This document shows positions 1-8,792 of a DNA stretch of 64,000 nucleotides, piece after piece. The notes beneath the pieces are model-generated. The model was not told where the DNA came from. It made no database searches and saw only the letters and a list, made by a program, of their open reading frames with translations. How positions within the stretch are numbered: position 1 is the first letter of the stretch; each line of letters begins with the position of its first letter. The stretch lies in contig CAJUMY010000001.1 of the NCBI GenBank assembly GCA_910587685.1, positions 193,268-257,267 on the forward strand, given 5' to 3'. Source of the DNA: an uncultured Christensenellaceae bacterium (GTDB taxonomy: Bacteria; Bacillota; Clostridia; Christensenellales; UBA3700). The position numbers and the translations under genes were made by a program.

Positions 1-1
1 A

Positions 2-493
2 GGTCATTCGGATAAAGACGTCGAATTCGTCAAGAGCTATTCGAAAGACGTTGCGATATTCAAGGCAAGCAATATGTCGCTCGGAGTAAACCTCCTTATC
101 GAACTCGTCAAAAAGGCGGCGGAATGTCTGATGAACGACTACGACATCGAAATAATAGAACAGCATCATAACGTAAAGGTAGACGCTCCGTCCGGCACGG
201 CTTTGACGATAGCGAAAGCTATCAACGGCGAATTTAACGACGAAAAGGAGTTCGTATTCGGACGCCATTCAATGAACGAGAGAAGAAAAAAGCAAGAGAT
301 CGGGATACACGCGGTTCGCGGCGGCACAGTCGTAGGCAAGCATAACGTAATGTTCCTCGGAAACGACGAAATAATATCTATCTCGCACGAAGCTCAATCG
401 AAGGCTGTCTTCACGGTGGGCGCCGTAAGAGCGGCTCTTTTCATTGCGGACAAAGCTCCAGGCATGTACGATATGCCCGATATGATAAAATAA
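2..493 (+). CDS. dapB: 4-hydroxy-tetrahydrodipicolinate reductase, C-terminal part (5' end outside window)
   Basis: Frame open from the window edge. Motifs EIIEQHHNVKVDAPSGTA and HAVRGGTVVGKHNVMF are typical of the DapB C-terminal domain. TAA stop. Confidence 0.85.
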   Translation, partial: GHSDKDVEFVKSYSKDVAIFKASNMSLGVNLLIELVKKAAECLMNDYDIEIIEQHHNVKVDAPSGTALTIAKAINGEFNDEKEFVFGRHSMNERRKKQEIGIHAVRGGTVVGKHNVMFLGNDEIISISHEAQSKAVFTVGAVRAALFIADKAPGMYDMPDMIK

Positions 494-543
494 ACGAATA
501 AGAGACGCAATTTATTTCTTTAATAAAACAACGATAAAATGAA

Positions 544-583
544 AAATCACACCGAACGGCGTTGCCTGACGATGTGATTTTTA
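544..583 (+). terminator. Putative intrinsic terminator after dapB
   Basis: 8-bp stem aaatcaca/tgtgattt running into a T-run. Confidence 0.4.
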
Positions 584-612
584 TCATTCTTAACTTAAAA
601 ATTATTTAGCCT

Positions 613-1341
613 TTAATCTTTGCTATAAAGTATCCTTCCGCAGTTTGGACACTCCGCATATCCGTTGTTCGTTGCCTCGTCGCTTATTCCGAGCGGTATC
701 TCGACGCCGCAACCGCTACAGCTAAAGTCCTTACCGTTCTTCGTTACCTCTACAAATACCGGCATCCTGCGCGTCTTGACCTCTTTATATCTCTTGAATA
801 CCTTATCCTCGCTCGAAATATTCTGCTCTTTGACGATCGCCTTCAGTCTATCGTTATATTCTTTCGCGTCTTTCATAAGGTCTTCTTTCATCTTCTCGAC
901 AAGCGGCTTCTTTTCCTTGACTATCTGCGCGCAACGCATCGACTCTTTCATCATGCCGTCCGCGTTCTTTCTCAAGTCTTCGAGTTTTCTCTTGAGTTCG
1001 AGAGTAAGATTCTCAAGTTTTTCGATCTTCTTTACTACCGAATCTATTTTCTTCAAGTAGAACTCTATCTCTTCTATAGTGATATTATCGTTAAGGTTGT
1101 TCTCGAGTTCGCCGAACTGAGCAATATAGATATTGAACTCTTCTTCATTCTTCTCGATACTCTTCATCAAGTCGCTCGCTTCGCGGTTTACGTTGAGAAG
1201 GTTCTCTCTCAGCTCCTTTCTTTTAGCGGAACTAGCCATAAGCGCCTTCGCGTCCTCGGAATTTTTAAGTTTTCTCTCAAGCTGATAGAGTTTCATATCA
1301 ACTTCCTGATACTTAAGCATTTTAGCGATTTCCTTATTCAT
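613..1341 (-). CDS. Coiled-coil protein with C-terminal C4 zinc ribbon (COG1579/DUF164-like)
   Basis: K/E-rich heptad-like sequence, then CSGCGVEIP...CPNCGRIL. Start moved to the ATG at 1341, preceded by AAAGGAG. Conserved Nif3 neighbour. Confidence 0.7.
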   Translation of the reverse strand: MNKEIAKMLKYQEVDMKLYQLERKLKNSEDAKALMASSAKRKELRENLLNVNREASDLMKSIEKNEEEFNIYIAQFGELENNLNDNITIEEIEFYLKKIDSVVKKIEKLENLTLELKRKLEDLRKNADGMMKESMRCAQIVKEKKPLVEKMKEDLMKDAKEYNDRLKAIVKEQNISSEDKVFKRYKEVKTRRMPVFVEVTKNGKDFSCSGCGVEIPLGISDEATNNGYAECPNCGRILYSKD

Positions 1342-1357
1342 AATAATCTCCTTTACC

Positions 1358-2119
1358 TTACTCTTCGTAAGGATTTGTTTCTTCAAATTCAATAATTTCT
1401 GCGCCGCTCTTTTTTAACACGGCGCTCATGAGCCTAACGAATACTCTCTCCGCGCAATAGTGCTCAACGTCTATAAACGCGATGCCGTTCGCCTTCAGCT
1501 CCAACGCAAGAGAATGCTTCATCTCCCCTGTAACGAATAGCCCAACATCCTTTTTTCTAAGTACGTCTATGATACTTTCGTCTCTTCCGCCCGCTCCGTT
1601 GATAACCGCGATGCGGCGTATTCTTCTGTCTTTTTCGCCAGATACTCTAAGACTCGATGAGCCTGTAAATTCGGTCAACGAACGAACTATATCCGAAAGT
1701 TTCCTATTTTCTACGTTTCCGACTCTGCCGCAACCGTCTTCTTCGAGCTCTTCGCAATCATACGCTCCGAGAGCGTCCATTATAGCGTCGGCAATCCCGC
1801 CGCTGCAGTTGTCGAAGTTCGTATGAGCGGAATATACCGCTATATTGTTTTTGACGGCTTTCATAACGAGCGAAGTAACGCTAACGTCGAGTTTCAGTTT
1901 CTTTATCGGAGAGAATATGATCGGATGATGGGTCACTATGAGATTAGCATTCTCCGAAACGGCTTTTTCTATGACCTCGGCGGTCATATCGAGCGCAACG
2001 ACTATCTTATTAACTTCATCGTTATGAGTTTCGACGACCATTCCGCTGTTGTCGTATTCAGCGGCAAGCGAAAGCGGCGCCTTTTCCTCTATTAATTCAG
2101 CTATTTCCTTTACCGTCAT
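1358..2119 (-). CDS. Nif3-family metal-binding protein (GTP cyclohydrolase 1 type 2 homolog)
   Basis: Motifs LIVTHHPIIF and AVYSAHTNFD. Position downstream of trmK-sigA. Confidence 0.85.
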   Translation of the reverse strand: MTVKEIAELIEEKAPLSLAAEYDNSGMVVETHNDEVNKIVVALDMTAEVIEKAVSENANLIVTHHPIIFSPIKKLKLDVSVTSLVMKAVKNNIAVYSAHTNFDNCSGGIADAIMDALGAYDCEELEEDGCGRVGNVENRKLSDIVRSLTEFTGSSSLRVSGEKDRRIRRIAVINGAGGRDESIIDVLRKKDVGLFVTGEMKHSLALELKANGIAFIDVEHYCAERVFVRLMSAVLKKSGAEIIEFEETNPYEE

Positions 2120-2744
2120 AAAAAAACTCCGTTATGTATTCCAATTCTTTCTTTTCGGCTTCTTTGCCGCTATAATCCGATACGCTTTTGAGAAACGCTC
2201 TTCGTTTGACTATATAAGAACGAAAGTCTTCGTTCGACGTATCGTTTTTCCCGAAAATGATCTCAGTCTTTGTCAGCTCGCCTTTTCCTCTCTCAGCGAC
2301 GATGATATCGTAAAATATCTTTTCCGAAAGTATCTTGTAATCTTTCTTTATGGCGTATCCGCGCGATACTACGAATTTCCTCGTCTCGGGAGCGTCTCTA
2401 TGCGGAACGAGAACAAGTTTTTCGAACGTTAACTCGCTTCGCCCTAAAATACGCATTATTTCATTGCCGCCCATTCCTGCTATCACAAGCGTATCGACTT
2501 CGCCATCTTTTATTACGTCAAGTCCGTCGCCGACTCTCGTGTCCAGAAAAACGGAGTATTCAAAAGCAAGCGTTCTCGCCTTGGAAAGGCTCTTTTCGCT
2601 TATATCCGTAGCGATACCTCTCTCTATCTTCTTTTCAAGAAGAGCCGTAACGAGCACCTTACCGTGATCCGCGCCGACGTCGGCAACGGAAACAGAGCCC
2701 TCGAGTTCGTCTACGACGCATCTCAATCTCTTTGACAGTCTCAT
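2097..2744 (-). CDS. trmK: tRNA (adenine22-N1)-methyltransferase
   Basis: SAM-binding motif VADVGADHG, ~215 aa, located between sigA and nif3 as in Bacillus. Confidence 0.8.
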   Translation of the reverse strand: MRLSKRLRCVVDELEGSVSVADVGADHGKVLVTALLEKKIERGIATDISEKSLSKARTLAFEYSVFLDTRVGDGLDVIKDGEVDTLVIAGMGGNEIMRILGRSELTFEKLVLVPHRDAPETRKFVVSRGYAIKKDYKILSEKIFYDIIVAERGKGELTKTEIIFGKNDTSNEDFRSYIVKRRAFLKSVSDYSGKEAEKKELEYITEFFYDGKGNS

Positions 2745-2745
2745 C

Positions 2746-3852
2746 TTATTTCTCGATGTAATCTCTGAGAAGTTTGGTTCTGTTGGGATGTCTCAGCTTA
2801 CGAAGCGCCTTCGCTTCTATCTGTCTTATTCTCTCTCTCGTTACATTGAACTCTTTGCCGACCTCTTCGAGAGTCTTGGGCTTAGCATCGTCGAGTCCGT
2901 ATCTTTTGCGAAGCACTTCGTTCTCACGCGGAGTCAACGTATTGAGTACGGCAAGAAGCTGCTCCTTGAGCATATTCGCTTCCGCTCTGTCCGCAGGCGA
3001 CGCGGCGCTGAAGTCCTCTATGAAATCTCCGAGGTGCGAATCTTCCTCTTCGCCTATAGGCGTCTCGAGCGATACGGGATCCTGCGCTATCTTTTGTATC
3101 TCAGATACTCTCTCTTCGGATATTCCCATCTTTTCGGCAATCTCTTTAGCAGACGGCTCTCTTCCCAGCTCCTGGAGCAGCTGACGGGCGACGCGTCCAG
3201 TTTTGTTGATAGTCTCCACCATATGGACGGGGATCCTTATCGTCCTCGCCTGATCCGCTATAGCTCTCGTTATAGACTGTCTTATCCACCAGGTCGCATA
3301 CGTCGAGAACTTGTAACCTCGCGTATAGTCGAATTTTTCCACCGCCTTCATGAGTCCGAGATTTCCTTCCTGTATGAGATCTAGGAACTGCATGCCTCTG
3401 CCGACGTATCTCTTCGCTATCGACACGACAAGACGCAGGTTCGCTTCGCTAAGACGGTTCTTAGCGCTCTCGTCTCCTTCGCTCATTCTTACCGCCAACT
3501 CCTTCTCCTCGTCGGGAGTAAGCAACGGAACTTGTCCTATATCCTTAAGATATATCTTAACGGAATCGTCCGAACTTCCTTCGGTTATCATCTTGTCCAG
3601 CGAAACTTTTTCCTCGAAAGTGAGCTCTTCTACGGTTATTCCGTTCTCATTGAGCACGCTGTAGATATGCTCCATATCGCTTGGCGAGAGGTCATACTTC
3701 TCCAGTTTCACCATCAATTCCTCGTCAGGGATCTTATTCTTCTTTTTCTTGGCGATAGCTATCAATTTCTGAAGTTCCGCTTCGATCTTTTCGTCGCGGC
3801 TCTTCTTCTTTGCGTCAACGACTACCGTTTCGACCTCTTTTTCGTTTTCCAT
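2746..3852 (-). CDS. sigA: Primary RNA polymerase sigma factor
   Basis: Regions 2-4: [27 protein letters not shown] and [28 protein letters not shown]. Start set at MENEKE behind GGAGG. Confidence 0.95.
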   Translation of the reverse strand: MENEKEVETVVVDAKKKSRDEKIEAELQKLIAIAKKKKNKIPDEELMVKLEKYDLSPSDMEHIYSVLNENGITVEELTFEEKVSLDKMITEGSSDDSVKIYLKDIGQVPLLTPDEEKELAVRMSEGDESAKNRLSEANLRLVVSIAKRYVGRGMQFLDLIQEGNLGLMKAVEKFDYTRGYKFSTYATWWIRQSITRAIADQARTIRIPVHMVETINKTGRVARQLLQELGREPSAKEIAEKMGISEERVSEIQKIAQDPVSLETPIGEEEDSHLGDFIEDFSAASPADRAEANMLKEQLLAVLNTLTPRENEVLRKRYGLDDAKPKTLEEVGKEFNVTRERIRQIEAKALRKLRHPNRTKLLRDYIEK

Positions 3853-3905
3853 TATCAATCCTCCGTCTAAACGTTTGTATATGAAGGTGTATAACACCTA
3901 TTTGA

Positions 3906-5696
3906 TCAACTCTTTAATTTCTTGAGTATTTCTTTCATATTTGAGATATTTTCGTTAAGCATATATTTCGCCTCTACGTCTTTCCCCGCATTGACGAACT
4001 CCTTGAAACAATCTTTGCTCGTCTCTTCCGCCCGAATAGTGCGAATACGCTTGAGCGAATCCCTTCCGAACGCCGCCATCTCGTCAGCGGTCATTCCCTT
4101 CATCAGCGTTATCTCTTTCGCGACGGCGTTGCTCTCCATTTCCGACAGCGTCTCCATATCGCCCTCGCCCTTCACAAGCCGCAGATAATCGTACACCGCG
4201 CGCTCGTCGTCATTGTTAAGATAATATGATACGTTGAGTACCTTCCTGCTCCTCAGCATTAAGTATAGTATATATATTATCGCCTTGCCGTATGTATCGA
4301 TATGTCCGCTTTTTTCGGAAACGGTATCGCTTTTTTGTGACATTTTCGACTCGTAAAGCTGATTCCTCAAAACTTCCGCGCTGAGCGACGTCTTTTCGGC
4401 AATGACGGAAAGATAGCTCTCCGCTTCGACCTTGTTGACGTAATTGAGTATCGTGTCTATAACTTTTACCGAATAGTCTCCTCTGTCTCCCACCTCTTCG
4501 AGATCATACTCTTCGGCAAGTTTCTCTATCTTGTAACGCGCTATATCGAATGCGTTCTCTTTGAGTTCCAATATCTTTTCGACGCCGTATTTCGCTATTA
4601 TCTCGTCGGGATCGAGTCCTTCGATAAGAGTTATCGCGTAAGGCGTAACGCCGCCTTCGTACAAAATATCCATTCCCCTCTTTATAGCGTTCTGTCCCGC
4701 GCTATCGCCGTCGTACATCAAATATACGTTGTCGGTATAGTCCTTAAGTATCTTGACCTGCTCGCCCGTGAGCGCGGTTCCCATGCTCGCCACGACGTTC
4801 TTTATGCCAGCCTTATACATTGCGATGACGTCCATATAGCCTTCGACAACGTAGACTTCCGAAAGTTTCCCGTCGCCTCTTTGCGCGCGCAGATTATACG
4901 CTCCGTAAAGCTCGTTCCTCTTGTTGAAAATCACAGTATCTCCAGTATTTCTATATTTCGTAAATCCCTTGGCTTCGAATATTCTTCCGCTCATAGCGAT
5001 AACTTTATTGTATCTGTTGATGATAGGTATTATAAGACGTCCGCGCATAACGTCGTACGGCGAGCCGTTCTTGTCGTATACGAGACCGCCTTCTTTCATC
5101 TCGTCAAGGGTATATCCTTTTTTGCTAAGATGCTTGATGAGAGAATCGTAATCGAGCGAATACCCGAACGCAAAATTCCTCACCGTAGGATTGGCGATCG
5201 TCCTTGTTCCGTCCTCTTTCTTCACGATGACGTTTTCAAAGCCTCTCTTTTCGAGATAATCTACCGCTATTTTGCTTCTTGCGTCCTTTAGATTATTCAT
5301 ATAGTGGAGAGCCGCTTCTCTCATCATGGAATACAGCCTCTCCTTATGCTCGTTCATATGTATTACGCCCTCGATACCTCCGTCTATAACGGGTACGGGC
5401 TTGCCTGTCTTCTCCGCAAGTATTGAAACCGCCTCGTCGAAGCTCACGCCGTCTCTTTTCATTACGTAATCGAATACGTCTCCCGACTCGCCGCACTTCG
5501 TACAAAAATAAACGGAGTCTGTGACGATAAAGTGCCTGTCTAGATACGACCCTCTGTCAACGTCCTCGAACGGACAGTAACCTATAGTCATATCGCCTAT
5601 CCCTATCGCGTCGAGTTCTTCTTTCAAAAGATCCTTAAGCGGCAACGCCCGACGCAAGTCGGCAATATATTCGAGTAGTTCCTTCATATCCGCCAT
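3906..5696 (-). CDS. dnaG: DNA primase with intact TOPRIM and a variant zinc finger
   Basis: RGRLIIPI, KYRNTGDTVIFNKRNELYG, VVEGYMDV, MYDGDSAG, GLDPDE. The zinc finger reads CPFEDVD...FCTKCGESG, with the canonical His replaced. Confidence 0.85.
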   Translation of the reverse strand: MADMKELLEYIADLRRALPLKDLLKEELDAIGIGDMTIGYCPFEDVDRGSYLDRHFIVTDSVYFCTKCGESGDVFDYVMKRDGVSFDEAVSILAEKTGKPVPVIDGGIEGVIHMNEHKERLYSMMREAALHYMNNLKDARSKIAVDYLEKRGFENVIVKKEDGTRTIANPTVRNFAFGYSLDYDSLIKHLSKKGYTLDEMKEGGLVYDKNGSPYDVMRGRLIIPIINRYNKVIAMSGRIFEAKGFTKYRNTGDTVIFNKRNELYGAYNLRAQRGDGKLSEVYVVEGYMDVIAMYKAGIKNVVASMGTALTGEQVKILKDYTDNVYLMYDGDSAGQNAIKRGMDILYEGGVTPYAITLIEGLDPDEIIAKYGVEKILELKENAFDIARYKIEKLAEEYDLEEVGDRGDYSVKVIDTILNYVNKVEAESYLSVIAEKTSLSAEVLRNQLYESKMSQKSDTVSEKSGHIDTYGKAIIYILYLMLRSRKVLNVSYYLNNDDERAVYDYLRLVKGEGDMETLSEMESNAVAKEITLMKGMTADEMAAFGRDSLKRIRTIRAEETSKDCFKEFVNAGKDVEAKYMLNENISNMKEILKKLKS

Positions 5697-5698
5697 TG

Positions 5699-7414
5699 TC
5701 AGCGTCTCCTCAAGTCGTTAAGTCTTTTAAGAAGTTCTTTTTTCTTTTCGGGATCGCGCTCGCCGTCTATGGCTTTGCTGAGCCGCTCCTTTTCGCTCTT
5801 AAAAAACTCCTTACGCATTATCTCTATACAGTCGCCGGCTATCTTATCGGCAGTATTTTCGTCTATTATAGTATTCTCTATCGTATCGGCTTCCTTGACA
5901 TTGAAATATCCTCGCGGATCTGGTCTTTCCCCAACCGTTACCTTCTCAAAAAACTCGAGATCCTTTCCGCTCATATACCGCGCCGCTTCGCTATCGACGG
6001 CATATCCTTTATACGCATATCCCAAAAGAGCGACAACGGCGGTATAATATCTGCCCGCTCTTTTTGAAGTGATAGTCTCGATACCCGTTTTAGTTTCGGG
6101 GACGCTCTTTATTTCCGCTCCGAAATATCTGTTGCGAACGGCGTCAGGAGGAATATTCGCGAGCTTGCCGACAACGTCTATATAAGCCTCTCTCTTACTC
6201 GTCTCGCCTATCGTAAACACGTATTCTTTCGCCTTATCGACGAACTCGAGTCTGCCGCTTTCGCGAGACGTATCTATACCCGCCTTTATCGCTCTGAGCT
6301 GATACTCGAGAAGCGCTTTGGGGCTCTCTATCCGCGCAAGAAGCCGCTTGAGAGTATGCTTGTCCGCCGCGTTCTTTACGCTGCTCTCCTCTATCAATGA
6401 AGCGATCTTAACGTTCGCTCCGAGTTTTTCGAGCGGCTCGAGACCTTTGTAATCCTTATCCGCTCCCTCCCGAACGTTGTCGAAAACTACCGTAAATTTA
6501 TTGACGTACCTAACAAGCGCCGACGCCTGTCTCTCCGATATCTTACCGTCCATGACCGAGACTGCGTTCTTGAAGCCGTTCGCTGCGAGAAGAAGCGTAT
6601 CGAACGGACTCTTTGTTATCACGAGGTTTGAAAAATCTCCCTCGCTTTTCAGAGCCTTGAGCATATGCGTTCCGTATATTTCTCTGTCTCTTTTCCACAG
6701 CGCCGAGTCTCGCGAATACTTGACTTCCCCGTTCCTCTTCATACCCGCAAAACCCACGACCTTTCCGAAAGCGTTGATATGCGGAAAAACTATCCTTCCC
6801 GCCATAGCGTCGACGGTCTTTTCGCGTCCGTCTTCTTCGCTCTTCTCGGCGACGCCCGCGTCGAACATCTCGTTCTCGTAATAGCCTTTGCTCTTTAGAT
6901 ACTTAAGAGCCGCGTTAGTATCCTCCGAATAACCCAATCCGTAAGATGTTATCATCTTCAAGTCTATGCCGTAACCGTCGAGATATTGAATAGCGCCCGC
7001 GTTTTCCGTGAGCCGTTTATGATAAAATCTCGCAAGCTCACGTTCCATATCGCAGAGCCTGTCCGTAAGTTTTTTCTTTTCGGCAAGTTTTTTCTCGTCA
7101 ACTCTTCCGAAAGTCGGAACTTTCATCCCCACTCTCTCCGCCAGTATCTTCACCGCCTCCATATAGGAAACGTGTTCTATATCCTGCACGAACTTTATTA
7201 CGTTGCCGCCTGCGCCGCAACCGAAACACTTGAATATTTTCCGTCGCTCTTCGACGTGGAAAGATCCCGTCTTTTCGTGATGAAACGGACATCTCCCCCA
7301 ATAAGAACCGCCTTTTCTCGTGAGATCCACGTAGCCGCGAACAACGTCCAAGATGTCGTTTTTATCAATCAACTCTTCGATAAACTTCGTAAATTCGCCG
7401 TTATCCTGACGCAT
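5699..7414 (-). CDS. DnaG-family primase paralog with a canonical CHC2 zinc finger and a degenerate TOPRIM
   Basis: CPFHHEKTGSFHV...FKCFGCGAGGNVIKF and AGRIVFPHINAFGKVVGFAG. TOPRIM positions read VITKSPFD and VVFDNVREG, so acidic residues are lost. AAGGAG RBS. Confidence 0.8.
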   Translation of the reverse strand: MRQDNGEFTKFIEELIDKNDILDVVRGYVDLTRKGGSYWGRCPFHHEKTGSFHVEERRKIFKCFGCGAGGNVIKFVQDIEHVSYMEAVKILAERVGMKVPTFGRVDEKKLAEKKKLTDRLCDMERELARFYHKRLTENAGAIQYLDGYGIDLKMITSYGLGYSEDTNAALKYLKSKGYYENEMFDAGVAEKSEEDGREKTVDAMAGRIVFPHINAFGKVVGFAGMKRNGEVKYSRDSALWKRDREIYGTHMLKALKSEGDFSNLVITKSPFDTLLLAANGFKNAVSVMDGKISERQASALVRYVNKFTVVFDNVREGADKDYKGLEPLEKLGANVKIASLIEESSVKNAADKHTLKRLLARIESPKALLEYQLRAIKAGIDTSRESGRLEFVDKAKEYVFTIGETSKREAYIDVVGKLANIPPDAVRNRYFGAEIKSVPETKTGIETITSKRAGRYYTAVVALLGYAYKGYAVDSEAARYMSGKDLEFFEKVTVGERPDPRGYFNVKEADTIENTIIDENTADKIAGDCIEIMRKEFFKSEKERLSKAIDGERDPEKKKELLKRLNDLRRR

Positions 7415-7795
7415 ATCTTGCTCCTTAAAAAATTCGGTCTAATATATTATACGACGGATTTTTTTATTTTCCTTTATAATATTATAAATTTATTAGTTTT
7501 TTTACGCATAATTATCGTAATAGCGTCCCATCTTCGAAAAAACTATTCTCGGATAAAAACCGCGTTAATATAACGAACCGACTGCCGTTCGTAATATTTG
7601 CCTCTTCACTCTAGCCTAAAATAAAATTCCATACGCTAACGAGAGCGTTATCAATATTTCCGATAAGAGTTTTATATGATCGGCGAACTCTCAACGCTAT
7701 ATAAAATAATGAAAGCCTATTCCTTGACATCGAAATAAGCTCTCCTAAATATCCGCGTTACCGCGAAACTATTGATAATATATGATATATGTATG

Positions 7796-8779
7796 CTAAT
7801 TTTTAGGTTTTATACTATAATAGCGATCCATTGCGAATATATCGGTCATACTGGCGATATAATCTATCACTACTCTCTTGACGCCGAATCTTTCCGCAAG
7901 TTTTATATAGTTATCGGGAAGCGTCTCGAACCGAGAGAAATAGAAATCGAAAAGGGTTCCGAGCATCTCCGCCGCAGTGTCTTCGCTCTTCATGACAAAC
8001 GGATTCCTGTATACGTTATCGAACATGAATTTCCTGAGCGCGCCAAGCCGCTCTTCGCCCTCTTTACTCATCGAAACAATATCCTTTCCGTACGAATTAT
8101 TCACGATATCTCCGATAAAGTAAGTTATGCGTTCGCCCTTTGACTTTCCTAGTTCATGGCGCATCGGAATATCTTCTTCAGAAAGTATTTTCGCTCTTAT
8201 CGCGTCGTCGATATCGTGATTAAGATACGCTATCCTGTCGGCGTAGCTGACAACTTTCCCCTCGAGAGTAGACGGCGAACCTTCGCTCGTATGATTGAGT
8301 ATTCCGTCGAGTACCTCGAATGTAAGATTCAATCCTTCGCCGTCGTTTTCAAGATACTTCGCGACTCTGACGCTCTGTTCGTAGTGGCGGAATCCTTCCT
8401 CCGTCAGCGTTGAAAGCGTCCTCTCTCCCGCATGCCCGAACGGCGTATGACCGAGATCGTGTCCGAGAGCTATCGCCTCCGTAAGATCCTCGTTCAATCT
8501 CAAAGTCCTCGCGATAGTCCTGCCTATCTGCGCAACTTCGAGAGTATGCGTCAGCCGCGTCCTGTAATGATCTCCTTCGGGAGAGAGAAAGACCTGCGTC
8601 TTGTGCTTTAGGCGCCTGAACGACTTCGAATGAGTTATCCTGTCTCTGTCGCGCATGTACTCCGTTCGATACGGACACTCTTCGATAGAACGTTCTCTGC
8701 CTTTGCTTTCGGCGCTCTTTGCCGCATACGGCGACAAGCCCATCTCCTCAATATCGTATATTATCTTTTTATGATCCAT
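7796..8779 (-). CDS. dGTP triphosphohydrolase-like HD-domain protein
   Basis: HSKSFRRLKHKTQVF, RTRLTHTLEVAQIGR, GHDLGHTPFGHAGE. Start set at MDHKK behind GGTGGAG. TAG stop. Confidence 0.85.
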   Translation of the reverse strand: MDHKKIIYDIEEMGLSPYAAKSAESKGRERSIEECPYRTEYMRDRDRITHSKSFRRLKHKTQVFLSPEGDHYRTRLTHTLEVAQIGRTIARTLRLNEDLTEAIALGHDLGHTPFGHAGERTLSTLTEEGFRHYEQSVRVAKYLENDGEGLNLTFEVLDGILNHTSEGSPSTLEGKVVSYADRIAYLNHDIDDAIRAKILSEEDIPMRHELGKSKGERITYFIGDIVNNSYGKDIVSMSKEGEERLGALRKFMFDNVYRNPFVMKSEDTAAEMLGTLFDFYFSRFETLPDNYIKLAERFGVKRVVIDYIASMTDIFAMDRYYSIKPKN

Positions 8780-8792
8780 TATCTCCACCGCA

